In this document: piece after piece, positions 1-12,128 of the stretch
Numbering within the stretch: the stretch's first letter is position 1
Layout: each line of letters opens with the position of its first letter
NCBI GenBank assembly: GCA_951406725.2
Contig: OX597833.1
Span: 51,770,001 to 51,834,000, forward strand
Reading direction: 5' to 3'
DNA length: 64,000 bases
Source of the DNA: Octopus vulgaris
Taxonomy: Eukaryota
Program-made: the position numbers and the translations under genes
The notes under the pieces: generated by a model
What the model was told of the DNA's origin: nothing
What the model saw: only the letters and a program-made list of their open reading frames with translations
Databases searched by the model: none

Positions 1-47
1 AAATATATACATACATATATATAAATATGTGTGTGTATGTGTGTATA

Positions 48-230
48 CAGGGGTTGGACAAAATAACTGAAAGAGTAGAAATTTAACTCCAATATTTCAA
101 TAAGCCACTATATTACGAATATCCATGCAAATTTCATTGTGACTGTTTGCTTCTTATTGTAGATAGTTATATTTATATAAATAAATGATTAGTTCTATCT
201 CTTATTCAGATCGTAGTATAAATCAAGCTA
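48..230 (+). mobile_element. Tc1-like transposon end (TIR plus adjacent sequence)
   Basis: TA + CAGGGGTTGGACAAAATAA at 46-66 closely matches the reverse complement of the Tc1 right end at 36816-36837. Inner boundary uncertain. Confidence 0.45.
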
Positions 231-235
231 AGATG

Positions 236-312
236 TGGAGTGGCTTGCTTACCAACTATATGATCCGGGGTTCAGTCCCACTGCGTGGCACCTTGGGCTG
301 ATGTCTTCTATA
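236..312 (+). mobile_element. SINE family A, tRNA-like head only
   Basis: GGAGTGGCT...GGGTTCAGTCCCACTGCGTGGCACCTTGGGC, as in the full copies (e.g. 22353). Confidence 0.8.
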
Positions 313-348
313 GTTAGTTTAGCTATGACTTAACCATCCTCTCACACC

Positions 349-400
349 GTCTCCGATGAAGGGACATGATTAATAAATATCCTGGAAACAGCTGTAAGAC
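349..400 (+). ncRNA. Minimal type I hammerhead-like motif (CCGATGA core variant) in a short Penelope-like remnant (~330-460)
   Basis: GTCT-CCGATGA-A-GGGA...TCCT-G-GAAA-C-AGCT-G-TA-AGAC. Stem I GTCT/AGAC; palindromic AGCT loop. Confidence 0.55.
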
Positions 401-608
401 CTTTTATCTATAAATGTTCTGATATCTACACAGCCTTAGTTTTTTTATTTCATTACGCAAAAAATTCTTATATACACACGCTGACATAGAACCAACGTTG
501 AACCCCTTATTCGCAAAATTACCGAACCTGGAACTTAATTTTGGTCTGTCTATAGCACTTATTCAGCATTAACTGACAGCTTTGGGTCTCAATGACGCCA
601 GTACCTCT

Positions 609-641
<33 letters not shown>

Positions 642-661
642 ACTCGCTAAGAATGTTTTGA

Positions 662-713
662 AACCACCTGAGGAATGTCTAAGATGTGCTGACACGAAAC
701 GATCGTAGTGGTT
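662..713 (+). ncRNA. Minimal type I hammerhead ribozyme motif (Penelope-type)
   Basis: AACCAC-CTGAGGA-A-TGTC(11 nt)GACA-C-GAAA-C-GATC-G-TA-GTGGTT. 6-bp stem I, full core, palindromic GATC loop, GUA site. The 10.1/11.1 pair is an A-C mismatch. Confidence 0.7.
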
Positions 714-808
714 ATTCATTGTTAAATTTTAATATATATAAATTATTTTATGTATTGGCTTAAGTCTTTCTTTGTTTGATTTGCATAATAGTGGTTTTGT
801 CTCTAATT

Positions 809-854
<46 letters not shown>

Positions 855-890
855 GTATATATATATACATACATACATACATACATACAT

Positions 891-1050
891 ACGACGGTCT
901 TCTTTCAGTTTTCCAAATCCACTTTCAACGCTTTGGCCGGCCTGAGGCTGTAGTAGAAGACACCTGCTCAAGGTACCATGCAGTGGGACTGAACCCGGAA
1001 CCATGTAGTTGGTAAGCAAGCTACTTACCACACAGCCACTCTTGCGCCTA
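891..1050 (-). mobile_element. SINE family A, 5' half
   Basis: Reverse complement of the family A head and body, ending at the internal microsatellite. Confidence 0.85.
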
Positions 1051-1282
1051 CGAGTCTGTTAAATATATGTCTTTTTAAGTTTTACTTCTTTCAGTCATTG
1101 AACTGCGCCCATGCTGGGTCACTGCCTCGGAGTTTCAGCCGAACAAATTGCGTTTATTCCCACGGTTTCTTTTACAACAGTCCTAAGTTATGGGGACATA
1201 AGGAAACTAACACCGGCTGTCAAGCTGAGGTCGGGGCGCGGGAAACAGAAAATCACACACACACACATATATGTATATCCAT

Positions 1283-1347
<65 letters not shown>

Positions 1348-1357
1348 GCATATGTAT

Positions 1358-1402
<45 letters not shown>

Positions 1403-1403
1403 C

Positions 1404-1487
<84 letters not shown>

Positions 1488-1829
1488 GGATAGGTTTCGT
1501 ATACTCTATACACCATACAACCATACGCATCCATACTAGATACACATACATACATTCATTCATTGCTATGAATATTCATTAACTGGTTCCTCTTTCCTTC
1601 ATACATCAAAACGTTCTGAAAACAAAATCAGGTGAGGTGGGTTCTATTTTGCAACATGGCTGATTGACGGCAAATCTGTGAAGTACATTATGTCTTCCCT
1701 CACGCCTAATTTTACCGCCACCGTCACCAATCAGCGGCCATATTTTTTCTTTATTTTATACTCTTTTCTACATTCTTCCTTTCTTCTGCTCTCCACCCTG
1801 CCATTGCCTGCTTTCAACGAACAAGCACA

Positions 1830-1883
<54 letters not shown>

Positions 1884-2229
1884 CGCATATACATTCACAC
1901 AAGAGAACATTCACAGATAAATCATTTCACTCTCTGTTTCTAATTACGGCTTTCTCACCCGCAGTCTCTCTCCCTTTCTCCTTCACACCCACCTCTCTCT
2001 CTCTCTTTCGAATGCACACCAGCTTTTCTTTCTTCAAATGTTTCTCTACCCATCTATCTCTCCATATGTGAGAACGTATGCGAATATGTAGGCATATTCT
2101 TTGAGCGTATTGGAATATGTACGCTTATGATGTATATATATATATATATATTTGTATATAGATAGACATGTGTGTTAATAAATACGCACACAAACGCACT
2201 AGCACACACGCTCAAACACACACACACAC

Positions 2230-2260
<31 letters not shown>

Positions 2261-2644
2261 TGTATGTATGTATGTATGTATGTATGTATTAGTTGTTTCA
2301 TTGCCCTGGGGCTTTGTTGAGTTTAGTCGAACATATCAGCCCAATAGCTATATTTTAAAACTCTGATGCTTAGTCTATGTTCGTTCTTGCCAAAACGCTC
2401 TCTTACATAGAGGTAAACACACCAACACCGGTTGATAGCGGGAATGATGGACAAACGCAATGCTAGACACACACACATCCGCATAGATGCACTGATACAT
2501 ACATAAAAACATAGATGCATACATACATATATACATACGTACGTACATGCATACATACATACATACATACATACATACATACATACATACATACATACAT
2601 ACATACATACATACACACATTCATACATACATACACACATTCAT

Positions 2645-2997
2645 ACATATAACACACTGCCTAAATACCAATCTGGAGAAATTAGGCTTCTCAAAACCAG
2701 AAAGGAGAGAGCTAATTCGAAGACTACTGATCCAACCCATCACTGGAACTGTAAAAATCTGGAAAACTTTCCAGAAGTTTATCATTTAAGTATATATGAA
2801 CTTGTATAGATATGTAAGTATATGCATGAGAAGACATACATAAAACGAAACATATAAATTTGCATGAATACATATATACGTGCATAGAAAATTACCCTCT
2901 TATTGTTGTTGAAATTCCAATGAAGGAGCCTTGGATTTAGTTTAGAAACTGAGTCTTTTTCTCTTGGCAAGAAATCTTGAAATAAACTGAATAATGA
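2645..2997 (+). mobile_element. 3' end of an RLE-type non-LTR retrotransposon (R4/Dong-like) embedded in (TACA)n
   Basis: Encodes HITHCLNTNLEKLGFSKPERRELIRRLLIQPITGTVKIWKTFQKFII*, resembling R2/R4-group C-termini. A 3'UTR runs into a (CATA)n tail. Homologous copies on the minus strand at ~41490-41612 and 42810-43482. Confidence 0.6.
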
Positions 2998-3181
2998 CAT
3001 ACATACATACAAACATACATACATACATGCTTGCATACATACATATATACATACAAATATACATGCATGCATACATACATACATACATACATACATACAT
3101 ACATACATACATACATACATACATACATGCATGCATACATACATACATACATACATACATACATACATACATACATACATG

Positions 3182-3213
<32 letters not shown>

Positions 3214-3293
3214 CATACATACATACATACATACATACATACATACATACATACATACATACATACATACATACATACATACATACATACATA
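2998..3293. repeat. (CATA)n tetranucleotide microsatellite
   Basis: Directly visible ~295-bp tract. Confidence 0.97.
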
Positions 3294-3339
3294 CGTATTG
3301 CATGGGCTGTCTTTCGTGAATAATGTGTCTACAGCAATT

Positions 3340-4370
3340 GGCAATCGTGTGTTAATCAGGAATGATCAAACACCTTTATTCTATTCGAATTGCAGCATGT
3401 GATAAGAAACAGAGTCTATAGCGAATGAAAATCTAATAGCAACGCCCAAACCAGATCTACATGCTAAGAAGATTTTACAGTACGTTTGGTGGAATACATC
3501 AGATATTGTTCACTTCGAATTCTTGGAACAAATGGAAAAGAATCATCACAGAACGTTATCGTCAACAATAGCTTTTCAATTAAGCTTTATTCAAAATAGA
3601 ACCTGCCCTAGTCAACAAAATGCGAGTCAACCTGCAACATAATACTTTCTACTAAAAGCAAAAGGCCTGAAATTTTGGGGGAGGGCACTAGCCGATCACA
3701 TTGACCTCAGTGTTTCACTGGTACTTAATTTATCGATTCGAAAGGATGAAAAGTAAAGTCGACCTCGCCGTAAGGACGGACGAAGTACCTATTTCTTTAC
3801 TACCCACAAGGGGCTAAACACAGAGGGGACAAACAAGGACATACAAACGGATTAAGTCGATTATATCGACACCAGTGCGTAACTGGTACTTAATTTATCA
3901 ACCCTGAAAGGTTGAAAGGCAAAGTCGACCTCGGCGGAATTTGAACTCATAACGTAGCGGGAGACGAAATACCGCAAAGCATTTTGTCCGGCGTGCTAAC
4001 GCTTCTGCCAGCTCGTCACTTTTATCCTCAAGAATAATAATGCAAGACCATATTCGACGCAAATAACACAAGCAATGGTAAATTCGTTAGCCCTGAATCT
4101 CCACCCCCTACACATCAACCTAGTATCATCGGGTTCTCACTCATTTAGGTCATTTGAACGCTTTACTAATGGGAAAAAAATTTAAGAAGTGGGGACGATG
4201 CTGAAACTTCATTATTTATTTATTTATTTATTGTTTTTGTCCGGGGAATCAGAGAAATGGTCTCCAGGTACGAAAATGTTTTGATTAACGACAACGATTA
4301 CGTTTTGAATGAATAAATATATTCACGTTTATGCTGATGTGAACCCCTCATATGAAAAGCGACATTACGT
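3340..4370 (+). pseudogene. Degraded mariner transposase, C-terminal half, interrupted by a SINE B dimer
   Basis: Fragments TPKPDLHAKKILQYVWWNTSDIVHFEFLE and PALVNKMRVNLQHN (to 3643), resuming NARPY at 4039. Many stops and frameshifts. Confidence 0.75.
3641..4020 (-). mobile_element. SINE family B dimer (full unit plus headless unit with an older-type tail)
   Basis: Reverse complement of GAGCTGGCAGAA...GAGTTCAAATTCCGCCGAGGTCGACTTTGCCTTTCA. Junction GAAATA|GGTACTTCGTC at ~3789. Confidence 0.85.
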
Positions 4371-4405
4371 CTCGCTCCACGTCGCGCGCGCGTGTATGTG
4401 TGTGT

Positions 4406-4438
<33 letters not shown>

Positions 4439-4491
4439 ACTGAACTAAACATGTTTTTATTCATTCTGTCTCTGTTTATTTCCTCTTATTC

Positions 4492-4527
4492 CTTTCTGCC
4501 GAAGAGCATAGGCTCGAAACGTAAAAG
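4492..4527 (+). ncRNA. Hammerhead-like motif (CTGCCGA variant) in a short Penelope-like repeat (~4440-4620)
   Basis: CTTT-CTGCCGA-A-GAGC-ATAG-GCTC-GAAA-C-GTA-AAAG with intact stems I and II. Same family as 26941 and 37855. Confidence 0.55.
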
Positions 4528-4844
4528 ACTTTTCCACTTTTCCTGAGCGTCAAACTAATTCACTTGGTTTGTTGTTCCTACACTCGTCATCGCCTTTGTT
4601 TTTCTATAAATTTGAACTATATACATAATATGAACTCCTATCGGAGCTTACATACCAGAGACAAGAAAACTTTTTACCCATTCTAAACAACACATTACCT
4701 AGACAGTGGAACAACAAGATTAACATCCAACATGTATCTTTATTTTTATTCTTACGTTTCCCTTTATACTTCCTATATCTCTCCCTTTCTAAAATAACTT
4801 CTTATATTGAAATTTACTATTTTCTTCTATTTAACTCTCTCATA

Positions 4845-4894
4845 TCATCTCTGATAATGCGATATCTTTTATATCCCTGAAACAGCTGTATGAC
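4845..4894 (+). ncRNA. Degenerate hammerhead-like motif, paralog of 349-400
   Basis: CTGATAA...GATAT/ATATC stem...GAAA-C-AGCT-GTA. Downstream flank resembles 400-450. Confidence 0.4.
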
Positions 4895-4963
4895 TACCCT
4901 TCTCTTTATAAACTGTCCTAGAAATTTCACACTGCCTTGGCTTTGTTGTCTAATTTTATTAAT

Positions 4964-5006
<43 letters not shown>

Positions 5007-5032
5007 AGAGAGTGAGAGAGAGAGAGCGACTG

Positions 5033-5304
5033 GTACTCCGTCGGTTAGGATGACCAGTGTTCCAGTTCATCCGATCGACTTGTGAAATTAAAATGCAAGT
5101 GGTTAAGCACTCCACAGACACGTATACCCTTAACGTAGTTCTCAAATAGCATGACATAGAATATGACAAGGCCAGTTCTTTGAATTACAGGTACAACTCA
5201 TTTTTTGCCAGCTTCTTGTTCAAGGACACAACGCGACGGTGGGTATCGAACTCACGACCTTACGATCGTGACCCGAACACCCTAACCACTAAACCAAGAG
5301 CACC
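5033..5304 (-). mobile_element. Diverged tRNA-derived SINE with a family D-like front and a family C-like 3' half
   Basis: Reverse complement: TGGTTTAGTGGTTAGGGTG...GTTCGATACCC...GCTGGCAAAAAATGAG (D-like), then TTGTACCTGTA...GAACTACGTTAAGGGTA...TAACCGACGGAGT (C-like). Confidence 0.7.
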
Positions 5305-5820
5305 AACTATATATGTACGTGTGTATATATGTACGTATGTATGTATGTATGTATGTATGTATGTATGTATGTATTTTATTTAATTTGCTTTGCGGGAAGG
5401 ATTGTTTCAACGAAGTCGCGTCTTGTCCTTGTCTTCGAAATGTGGAGTAGATGAAAAGGAGACAACTGAAGAAAGGGAATATTCTTTATGTTGTGCGTCC
5501 CGTTTCTCTGTTTGTTTGTTTTCGTTGTTTGAAAAAAGTTCGTTTCTATGTTTTTGTTTTTATGTTTTCGTTTCTCATTGTGTTCAACGTTTTTTTTTTG
5601 TTTTTGATGTCCTGTACCCATATATGCATGTATATATACCTACATATGTAGGTATGTATATGGTGGCTGAATCATTAGCATGCCAAGCGAAATGCTTAGC
5701 CGTATTTCGTCTGTCACCACGTTCTGAGTTCAAATTCCACCGAGGTAGACATTACCTTTCATCTTTTTAACGGTGGTGCATCGGCATGGCCGCAGCTCTG
5801 AGCTGAAGCTAGAGAGAAAA

Positions 5821-6328
5821 AAATTATGTATGTATGTATGTACGTATGCATGCATGCATGTATTCAAGCGAGTGGATACACACACAAACACACTCACACA
5901 TACATACACACATCTAGGTAATCCACATTTTAGCTTAAATATGGCCAATTTTAATGTATTTTTCTGCCTTGATACCACTAAATGCGCGTACGTGTCAATA
6001 AATACATAAATGGTCGTGTATGTTTGTATGTGTGTGTATATATATATGTGTGTGTGTTTATATGGAGATATGTATGTTTATATGTATTCCGTACTTATAT
6101 GTATATACGAAATTATGTATGTATGTATGTACGTATGAATGCATGTATACAAGCGAGTGCATACACACACAAACACACAGATACACATACACACATACGT
6201 ACACACATCTAGGTAATCCACTTTTTAGCCTAAATATGGCCAATTTTAAAGTATTTTTTCTGCTTTCATACCACTAAATGCGCGTACGTGTCAATGAATA
6301 CATAAATGCTCGTGTATGTTTGTATGTG

Positions 6329-6382
<54 letters not shown>

Positions 6383-6430
6383 GAGGTATGTATATTTACA
6401 TGTATTCTATACTTATATGTATATACGAAT
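5821..6430. repeat. Tandem duplication, two ~290-320 bp units
   Basis: CATCTAGGTAATCCAC...AAATATGGCCAATTTTAA...ATACCACTAAATGCGCGTACGTGTCAAT occurs at ~5911 and ~6206. Confidence 0.9.
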
Positions 6431-6857
6431 ACGTATACATACAAACATGCGGGGTAATCAACTGAATGATGGCAGAAAATCCCGCTGCGCCCTCCGGATG
6501 TATAGGGCTCTTATGAACTCATGTCACGGCTAGTGTTTAGGGGTTTATTACAATTTCATAGACTGCTGCATTTTTACGTTCAACTCCACACCAATGGTTC
6601 CCGGTAACCTCTGTAAGTCTAAGAATTTGAATTCCAAATGCAAAGACGGTAAACTGACGCTTCAGGCGTAGCATCGGACATCCAAACAATTTCGCCATTT
6701 AATACTGGCACTTTATTTTCATAGACACCCCCCCCACACACACACACACACATACATACATAATTTATGTATATATGTGTTTGTATGTGCATGTATAAAT
6801 ATATATATATATATGAATTCGAAAAAATTATAAATAAATTGGTGTTTTTTATCTTAT

Positions 6858-7246
6858 ACTAGCAGTATCGCCCGGCGTTGCTCAGGTTTGTAAGGGAAAT
6901 AACTATAAAGCATTTTTAGAGAGTTATAGCCAAAAAATAGCAAAAAAATGGAAAAAAAAATGATGGTAAATTTTTTTTTGAGAGTTAAAAAAGGTCGAGT
7001 TGCGTCCCCTAGACAGTCTGCGGTTTGTGTTTCTGATTGTCGACCCCATGTCGAATTTATCGATTTTTTTCAGAATTGGGGGAACTTTTCAAAATTTTCG
7101 CTGCGTTAGTTTTGAATTATGACATTGGGCTATGTGTGTGTCAAGTTTCATCAGAATCGGTTGAAAGCCGTGGTCAGGGTGATGGTACAACCAAACAGAC
7201 ACACAGAAACACACACAGACAAACTGCCGTTTATATATAGAGAGAT
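6858..7246 (+). mobile_element. Non-autonomous Helitron/Helentron-like element (HINE/DINE-1-like)
   Basis: Starts ACTAGCAGTATCGCCCGGCGTTGCTC. Contains CAAGTTTCATCAGAATCGG and an ACAGAC-rich tract. Ends TTTATATATAGAGAGAT. Near-identical inverted copy at 32591-32975. No TIR. Confidence 0.7.
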
Positions 7247-7336
7247 TTAATTTTTTCTATAGGATGTAATTTTTTTTTCTATATGGTATAATTTAACTTT
7301 TTCATTGTTGAATGGATAAAAGGTGATTATTTTCTA

Positions 7337-7383
<47 letters not shown>

Positions 7384-7432
7384 GTTGTTATTATTATTAT
7401 TATTATTATTATTAATATTATTATTATTATTA

Positions 7433-7477
<45 letters not shown>

Positions 7478-7637
7478 GTTCGCCTGTCGCTACTTTCTGA
7501 GATCAAATTTCGCCGAGGTCGACTTTGCATTTTACCCTTTCGGGGTCGATAAATTAAGTACCAATGAAACACCGTGGTCGATGTAATCGACTAGTCCCCT
7601 CCCCCAAATTTCAGGCCTTGTACCTATAGTAGAAAAG

Positions 7638-7640
<3 letters not shown>
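7478..7640 (+). mobile_element. SINE family B, headless copy with an older-type tail, between (ATT)n tracts
   Basis: TTCGCCTGTCGCTAC...GAGGTCGACTTTG...CCCCTCCCCCAAATTTCAGGCCTTG. Confidence 0.8.
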
Positions 7641-7723
<83 letters not shown>

Positions 7724-7741
7724 CATTATTATTATTATTAT

Positions 7742-8170
7742 TGAGTAAGAGAGCAGTGCATACCCTCAAGGCGACATTGGGGTACAAATATGCGAAGCCC
7801 AATATACCCATCGTGACTACCCGTCTGATAAGGGTACACCAGGCACATGCATCACAATCATATATGTGCAATATGGTGATATCATATCAAGATAGACAGC
7901 GCACGACCTAGCAGATAAGTCTAGTAGCCCATCTCGTTCAAAAGGTCGCTGAATAAGGGATATCTAAGGATGCTGAACGAAACAGCCATGTTTCCAAGGG
8001 TGAATTATTCAATCCTCAAAGATACTCTCCCACTACTATGGTGCTCGCCCACTACTTCTGCTTGTGATCAAAGATGCACATATCGTCAGCCACCAAGGAA
8101 TATACTCAACTGGTTATGGTCAAGCAACTGACAAGCAAATCTGTGGTAGTGAGCAGATAATTAGCTATCA
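7742..8170 (-). mobile_element. Probable LINE 3'UTR with a (TAA)n tail (possibly Dong/R4-like)
   Basis: Non-coding block abutting (ATT)n at 7639-7741, which reads as a (TAA)n tail on the minus strand. Resembles a repeat I recall from octopus; no ORF support. Confidence 0.4.
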
Positions 8171-8364
8171 CCTTTCGTAAGATACCTTCATCATTCCTTT
8201 ATAGATGCAAACTTGATCTTTCAACAAAATGTAAGCTTTATTCCAAATATTTCGGTCATTTAATTAATCTCAGATCTTCATTTTGAGCAGAAAACAAAAA
8301 AATTCTGGCAGTTTATTTCTTTATTTTTTCATCTATTTTTTTCCCGGAATATGGAGAATATTGT

Positions 8365-8757
8365 GAAGGCGCAATGGCCCAGTGGTTAGGGCAGCGGACT
8401 CGCGGTCATAGGATCGCGGTTTCGATTCCCAGACCGGGCGTTGTGAGTGTTTATTGAGCGAAAACACCTAAAACTCCACGAGGCTCCGGCAGGGGATGGT
8501 GGTGATCCCTGCTGTACTCTTTCACCACGACTTTCTCTCACTCTTACTTCCTGTTTCTGTTGTACCTGTATTTCAAGGAGCCGGCCTTGTCACTCTCTGT
8601 GTCACGCTGAATATCCCCGAGAACTGCGTTAGGGGTGCACGTGTCTGTGGAGTGCTCAGCCACTTACACGTTAATTTCACGAGCAGGCTGGCTGTTCCGT
8701 TGATTCGGATCAACCGGAACCCTCATCGTCGTAACCGACGGAGTGCTTCCATATTCC
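8365..8757 (+). mobile_element. SINE family C, full length
   Basis: A-box TGGCCCAGTGG, B-box GGTTTCGATTCCC, ends GTAACCGACGGAGTGCTTCCA. Imperfect TSD ATGGAGAATATTGTG/ATGAAGAATATTATG. Confidence 0.9.
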
Positions 8758-9432
8758 ATGAAGAATATTATGCGAATGAGTAGCCTGAACGGAACGGTCT
8801 TTATCAACAGGATTACTGTTGCTGCATATGAGAATCTTTTTTATCAGACATGAATCTGACAAAGTTCTTTGTTGTTGTTGTGGTTGTTGTTGTTTTTGAT
8901 ACTGTTGTTGCTTGATAATGCAACTAGATATGTTTTATGCAAAGCCTATGCATTACCCGAATATTACTAATAAAAAAAATACAAATAAAAAAACTACATT
9001 CTGTTTGAACTGGTATTCTCAGTGAAACCGTATCAAATCACACTACGCAATAACTGCATCTATGAAATTGCTGCAGCTAAAACTGCTTTAGTTTCATGCA
9101 GCTATTGGGTCGCAATGTATTCTATCTGCTGACGTCACTCCAATCAATACGGGTGAGGCAGTGCAATGGCGACCATGCTGTGAAAAAAGCATATCAACTA
9201 CACGTAAACATGAATCCTTCTAATAAACATACGAACATATCTAGGTTCAATGTATGCTCGTATGTCTACAATCAATTGTATCGAGTGAAGAACATAGGGC
9301 ATACATTGTGAAATTATATATATCAGATGTTGCTACACATCGCTGGTCACAATGCGCTTCGCATTGTTTTGGCCTTCAAATGACGCCACCCCGCTGAATA
9401 AGCGAGCAGGCCAACAGAAGAAAGAGTGAGAG

Positions 9433-9760
9433 AACATTTAGTTCGGTATTTGTGAGCATTCCCGTTCAATGGCTGTTGTCAAATCGTCGACTGTTACTGA
9501 CTTTGTACTGTAAACTTTATCTTGTAAGAATTGCCGGGCAAAATCTTACCAAAGTAAGCCCTTACATTACTATGGTAGTGTGGGAGTGCCCCATCTTGCT
9601 GAAAATATAATTCCACGTCTTCAAAGCCCTCTTAAATGCTTAACACGACATATTATCGCAGCATGCTGAAGTAAATGCAGTCATAGTATTGTCAAAAGAG
9701 AATGGTTCAGTTAATTTTTCTGGTGGTATTCCACACGATACTGTAACAGCTACTAAATTA
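9433..9760 (-). pseudogene. Tc1/mariner-superfamily (rosa/maT-like) transposase fragment
   Basis: Minus-strand peptides FQQDGALPHY and FLQDKVYSTKSVTVDDLTTAIERECSQIP. Confidence 0.7.
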
Positions 9761-9967
9761 AGATTTAACGTTACAGCGTTTTCTAAAGCCCGTCGGCCTT
9801 TTAGGGTCTAAAGAGATACTGTAAAGCTGAGCACTTTAGGAATATGAAATCCACGGTAACAACATAGATCAGCCATATCTACTGCTCTATAACTTAGATT
9901 GTGCTTTTCTTTTGGGTTTATGATTTACTGAATATATAATACACACACACACACACACACACACGCG

Positions 9968-10750
9968 TGTCTGAACGTGTCAAAGTGCTCTCATCTGCCT
10001 GTTGGCTCTTCTCCTGCAACTCAACTTGATTTCGAGCCGGGTCGTCTGCTGCTGGAGAGGACCGACCAGGTAAAGGACCTGGGTATCTTGATGGATTCTT
10101 CCTTTTCGCCTTCGGCCTAGTGCGTCCATGCTGCCAACAAAGCACGCGGAGTTCTGTTTTTGATTCGACGGTCATTCGGTATGCTCACAGCAGTCATATT
10201 CCTACCGCTCTATGTCACGCTGGTGAGACCCATATTGGATTACGGGATTCAAGCCTCTTCTCCTTATCTCCTCAAAGACATACATCATCTCGAAAGAGTC
10301 CAGAAGCTGGCTACCCGCATGGTTCTTGGTCTCAAGCATTTGTTTTAGGCTGAAGACGCTCGACCTTTGTTCTCTAGAAAAACGACGACGCCGTGGTGAT
10401 CTCATTCTTGCTCACAACATCATAAGTGGAAAGTGTAACCTCTCGAAAGAGCTGTTCTTCACTCCTGCTCCAGAGCGTCGGCTGCGGGGTCACTCCGAAA
10501 AGCTCTATCTGCGACGATTTCATCTCAATCGAAGGAGAGGGGCTTTCTCCGTCCGGGTTGCGGATCCGTGGAATAAGCTGCCGGACGAGATAGTGAAGAT
10601 GCCGACGACCGCTCGGTTCAAAGTCTCCCTTGACCAGAAATGGCCTGAACTCTTTGCATGAACACCACCCTGTACATAACTCTATGTCCCCCTACATGGC
10701 CTTGCTTTTTACTTTTTGAGCCAAGAAATTAACGTAACTAACTTAACTTA
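9968..10750 (+). mobile_element. CR1-clade LINE, 5'-truncated 3' end (frameshifted ORF2 C-terminus, UTR and AACT-type tail)
   Basis: VKDLGIL...LYVTLVRPILDYG...LERVQKLATRMV / LEKRRRRGDLI...RGHSEKL...FSVRVADPWNKLP. Stop at 10661. Tail AACTAACTTAACTTA. Confidence 0.9.
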
Positions 10751-11095
10751 CACGCACTTAGCTTTTTATATTATCGCTCAGAAATTAAGTAATTCTATTC
10801 CACTGAGCCTTTTGCTAAATTTTGCTCGAAGAAATGTTGTTGTATTTCTAAAATATTTTTCTATCGCTCGTAGTATATCTATATCTATAATATCACGTAT
10901 GCATATATATATATATATATACACATATAGACACATGATCGTAAATCTACACATCACTGTGTGCGCGTGTGAGTATACGTATGTGGTATTAATGAATAAT
11001 AAATACATTCTAAAACATAAACATGCCAGCATACACACACAAATAGGAATGTAAGTATACAAAGGTATACATACCTACCTACATTCCCATACACT

Positions 11096-11096
<1 letters not shown>

Positions 11097-11128
<32 letters not shown>

Positions 11129-11404
11129 CATATATACATATATAAACATATATACATATATATATATATACATATATACATATATATGTATACATATATA
11201 TATACATATATATACATATATATATATATGCATATATATATATACATGTATATACATATGTATATACATATATAAATATATACATATATATATATTTATA
11301 TATATACATATATATATACATACATACATATATATACATACATATACATATATATACATACATACATATATATACATACATACATACATACATACATACA
11401 TACA

Positions 11405-11456
<52 letters not shown>

Positions 11457-11476
11457 AATACATATATATATATATA
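11097..11476. repeat. Compound (TA)n/(TACA)n microsatellite
   Basis: Directly visible. Confidence 0.95.
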
Positions 11477-11959
11477 CTCTCATACACAATACTAATGGTA
11501 TGGATACATGCATGAGTAATGTCAATATTATGTGTACAGCAGGGTATCAACATCACAGCCAGGTGTTCAAACAGACTCAAGTGCAGTAGGAGACCCGTTA
11601 TCACCAGGTTTGCGTGTGCGCGTGTTTCTTTATGTGTTTCTATGTATCGATGTTCGTGTGTATGCGTGAATGTGTGCGTACGTATAGGCATCTTATATAA
11701 GCCTGTATATATATGCCTTCATGTACGTATTCGTGTTTGTTTAAGAATGGGAAGCGGGCTGTGTCAGATAAGGGATGTGTAAGTGTATGTAAGTGTGCAC
11801 ATCTGAACGTATGTGTATGTGTGTATGAGGGTTTGTTTCTGTATGTATACATATATGTAATTCTCTTAATGTTCGTGCGCGTGTATATGTGCGCCTTTTT
11901 GCGAGTATAAATCTCTGCATATATGCTTGTATATTACTCTATATGTTTGTGAGGATGAG

Positions 11960-11990
<31 letters not shown>

Positions 11991-12128
11991 AGGTGGGTAT
12001 TTTGGTTTATATTTATGAGCACATATCTGTGTGTATATGCCTTTGTATACTTATGAATTTCTAGTTGTGTGATCATTGATGTAAGAATATTTAAATGTTT
12101 TATAAGTGTGTGTTTGTGTATGTATATA

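Noticed and set aside
8365-8440. tRNA genes at the heads of families A-D
   Set aside because: A and B boxes are present but there is no proper acceptor stem, and each head continues into a SINE body, often with a TSD. The anticodon cannot be assigned.
8447-8783. Recurrent peptides such as MVVIPAVLFHH..., RLPNPLTRLWSARGYS... and YRPRKDERQSRPRRNLNS
   Set aside because: They recur only because they are read from SINE copies, and frames are not conserved between copies.
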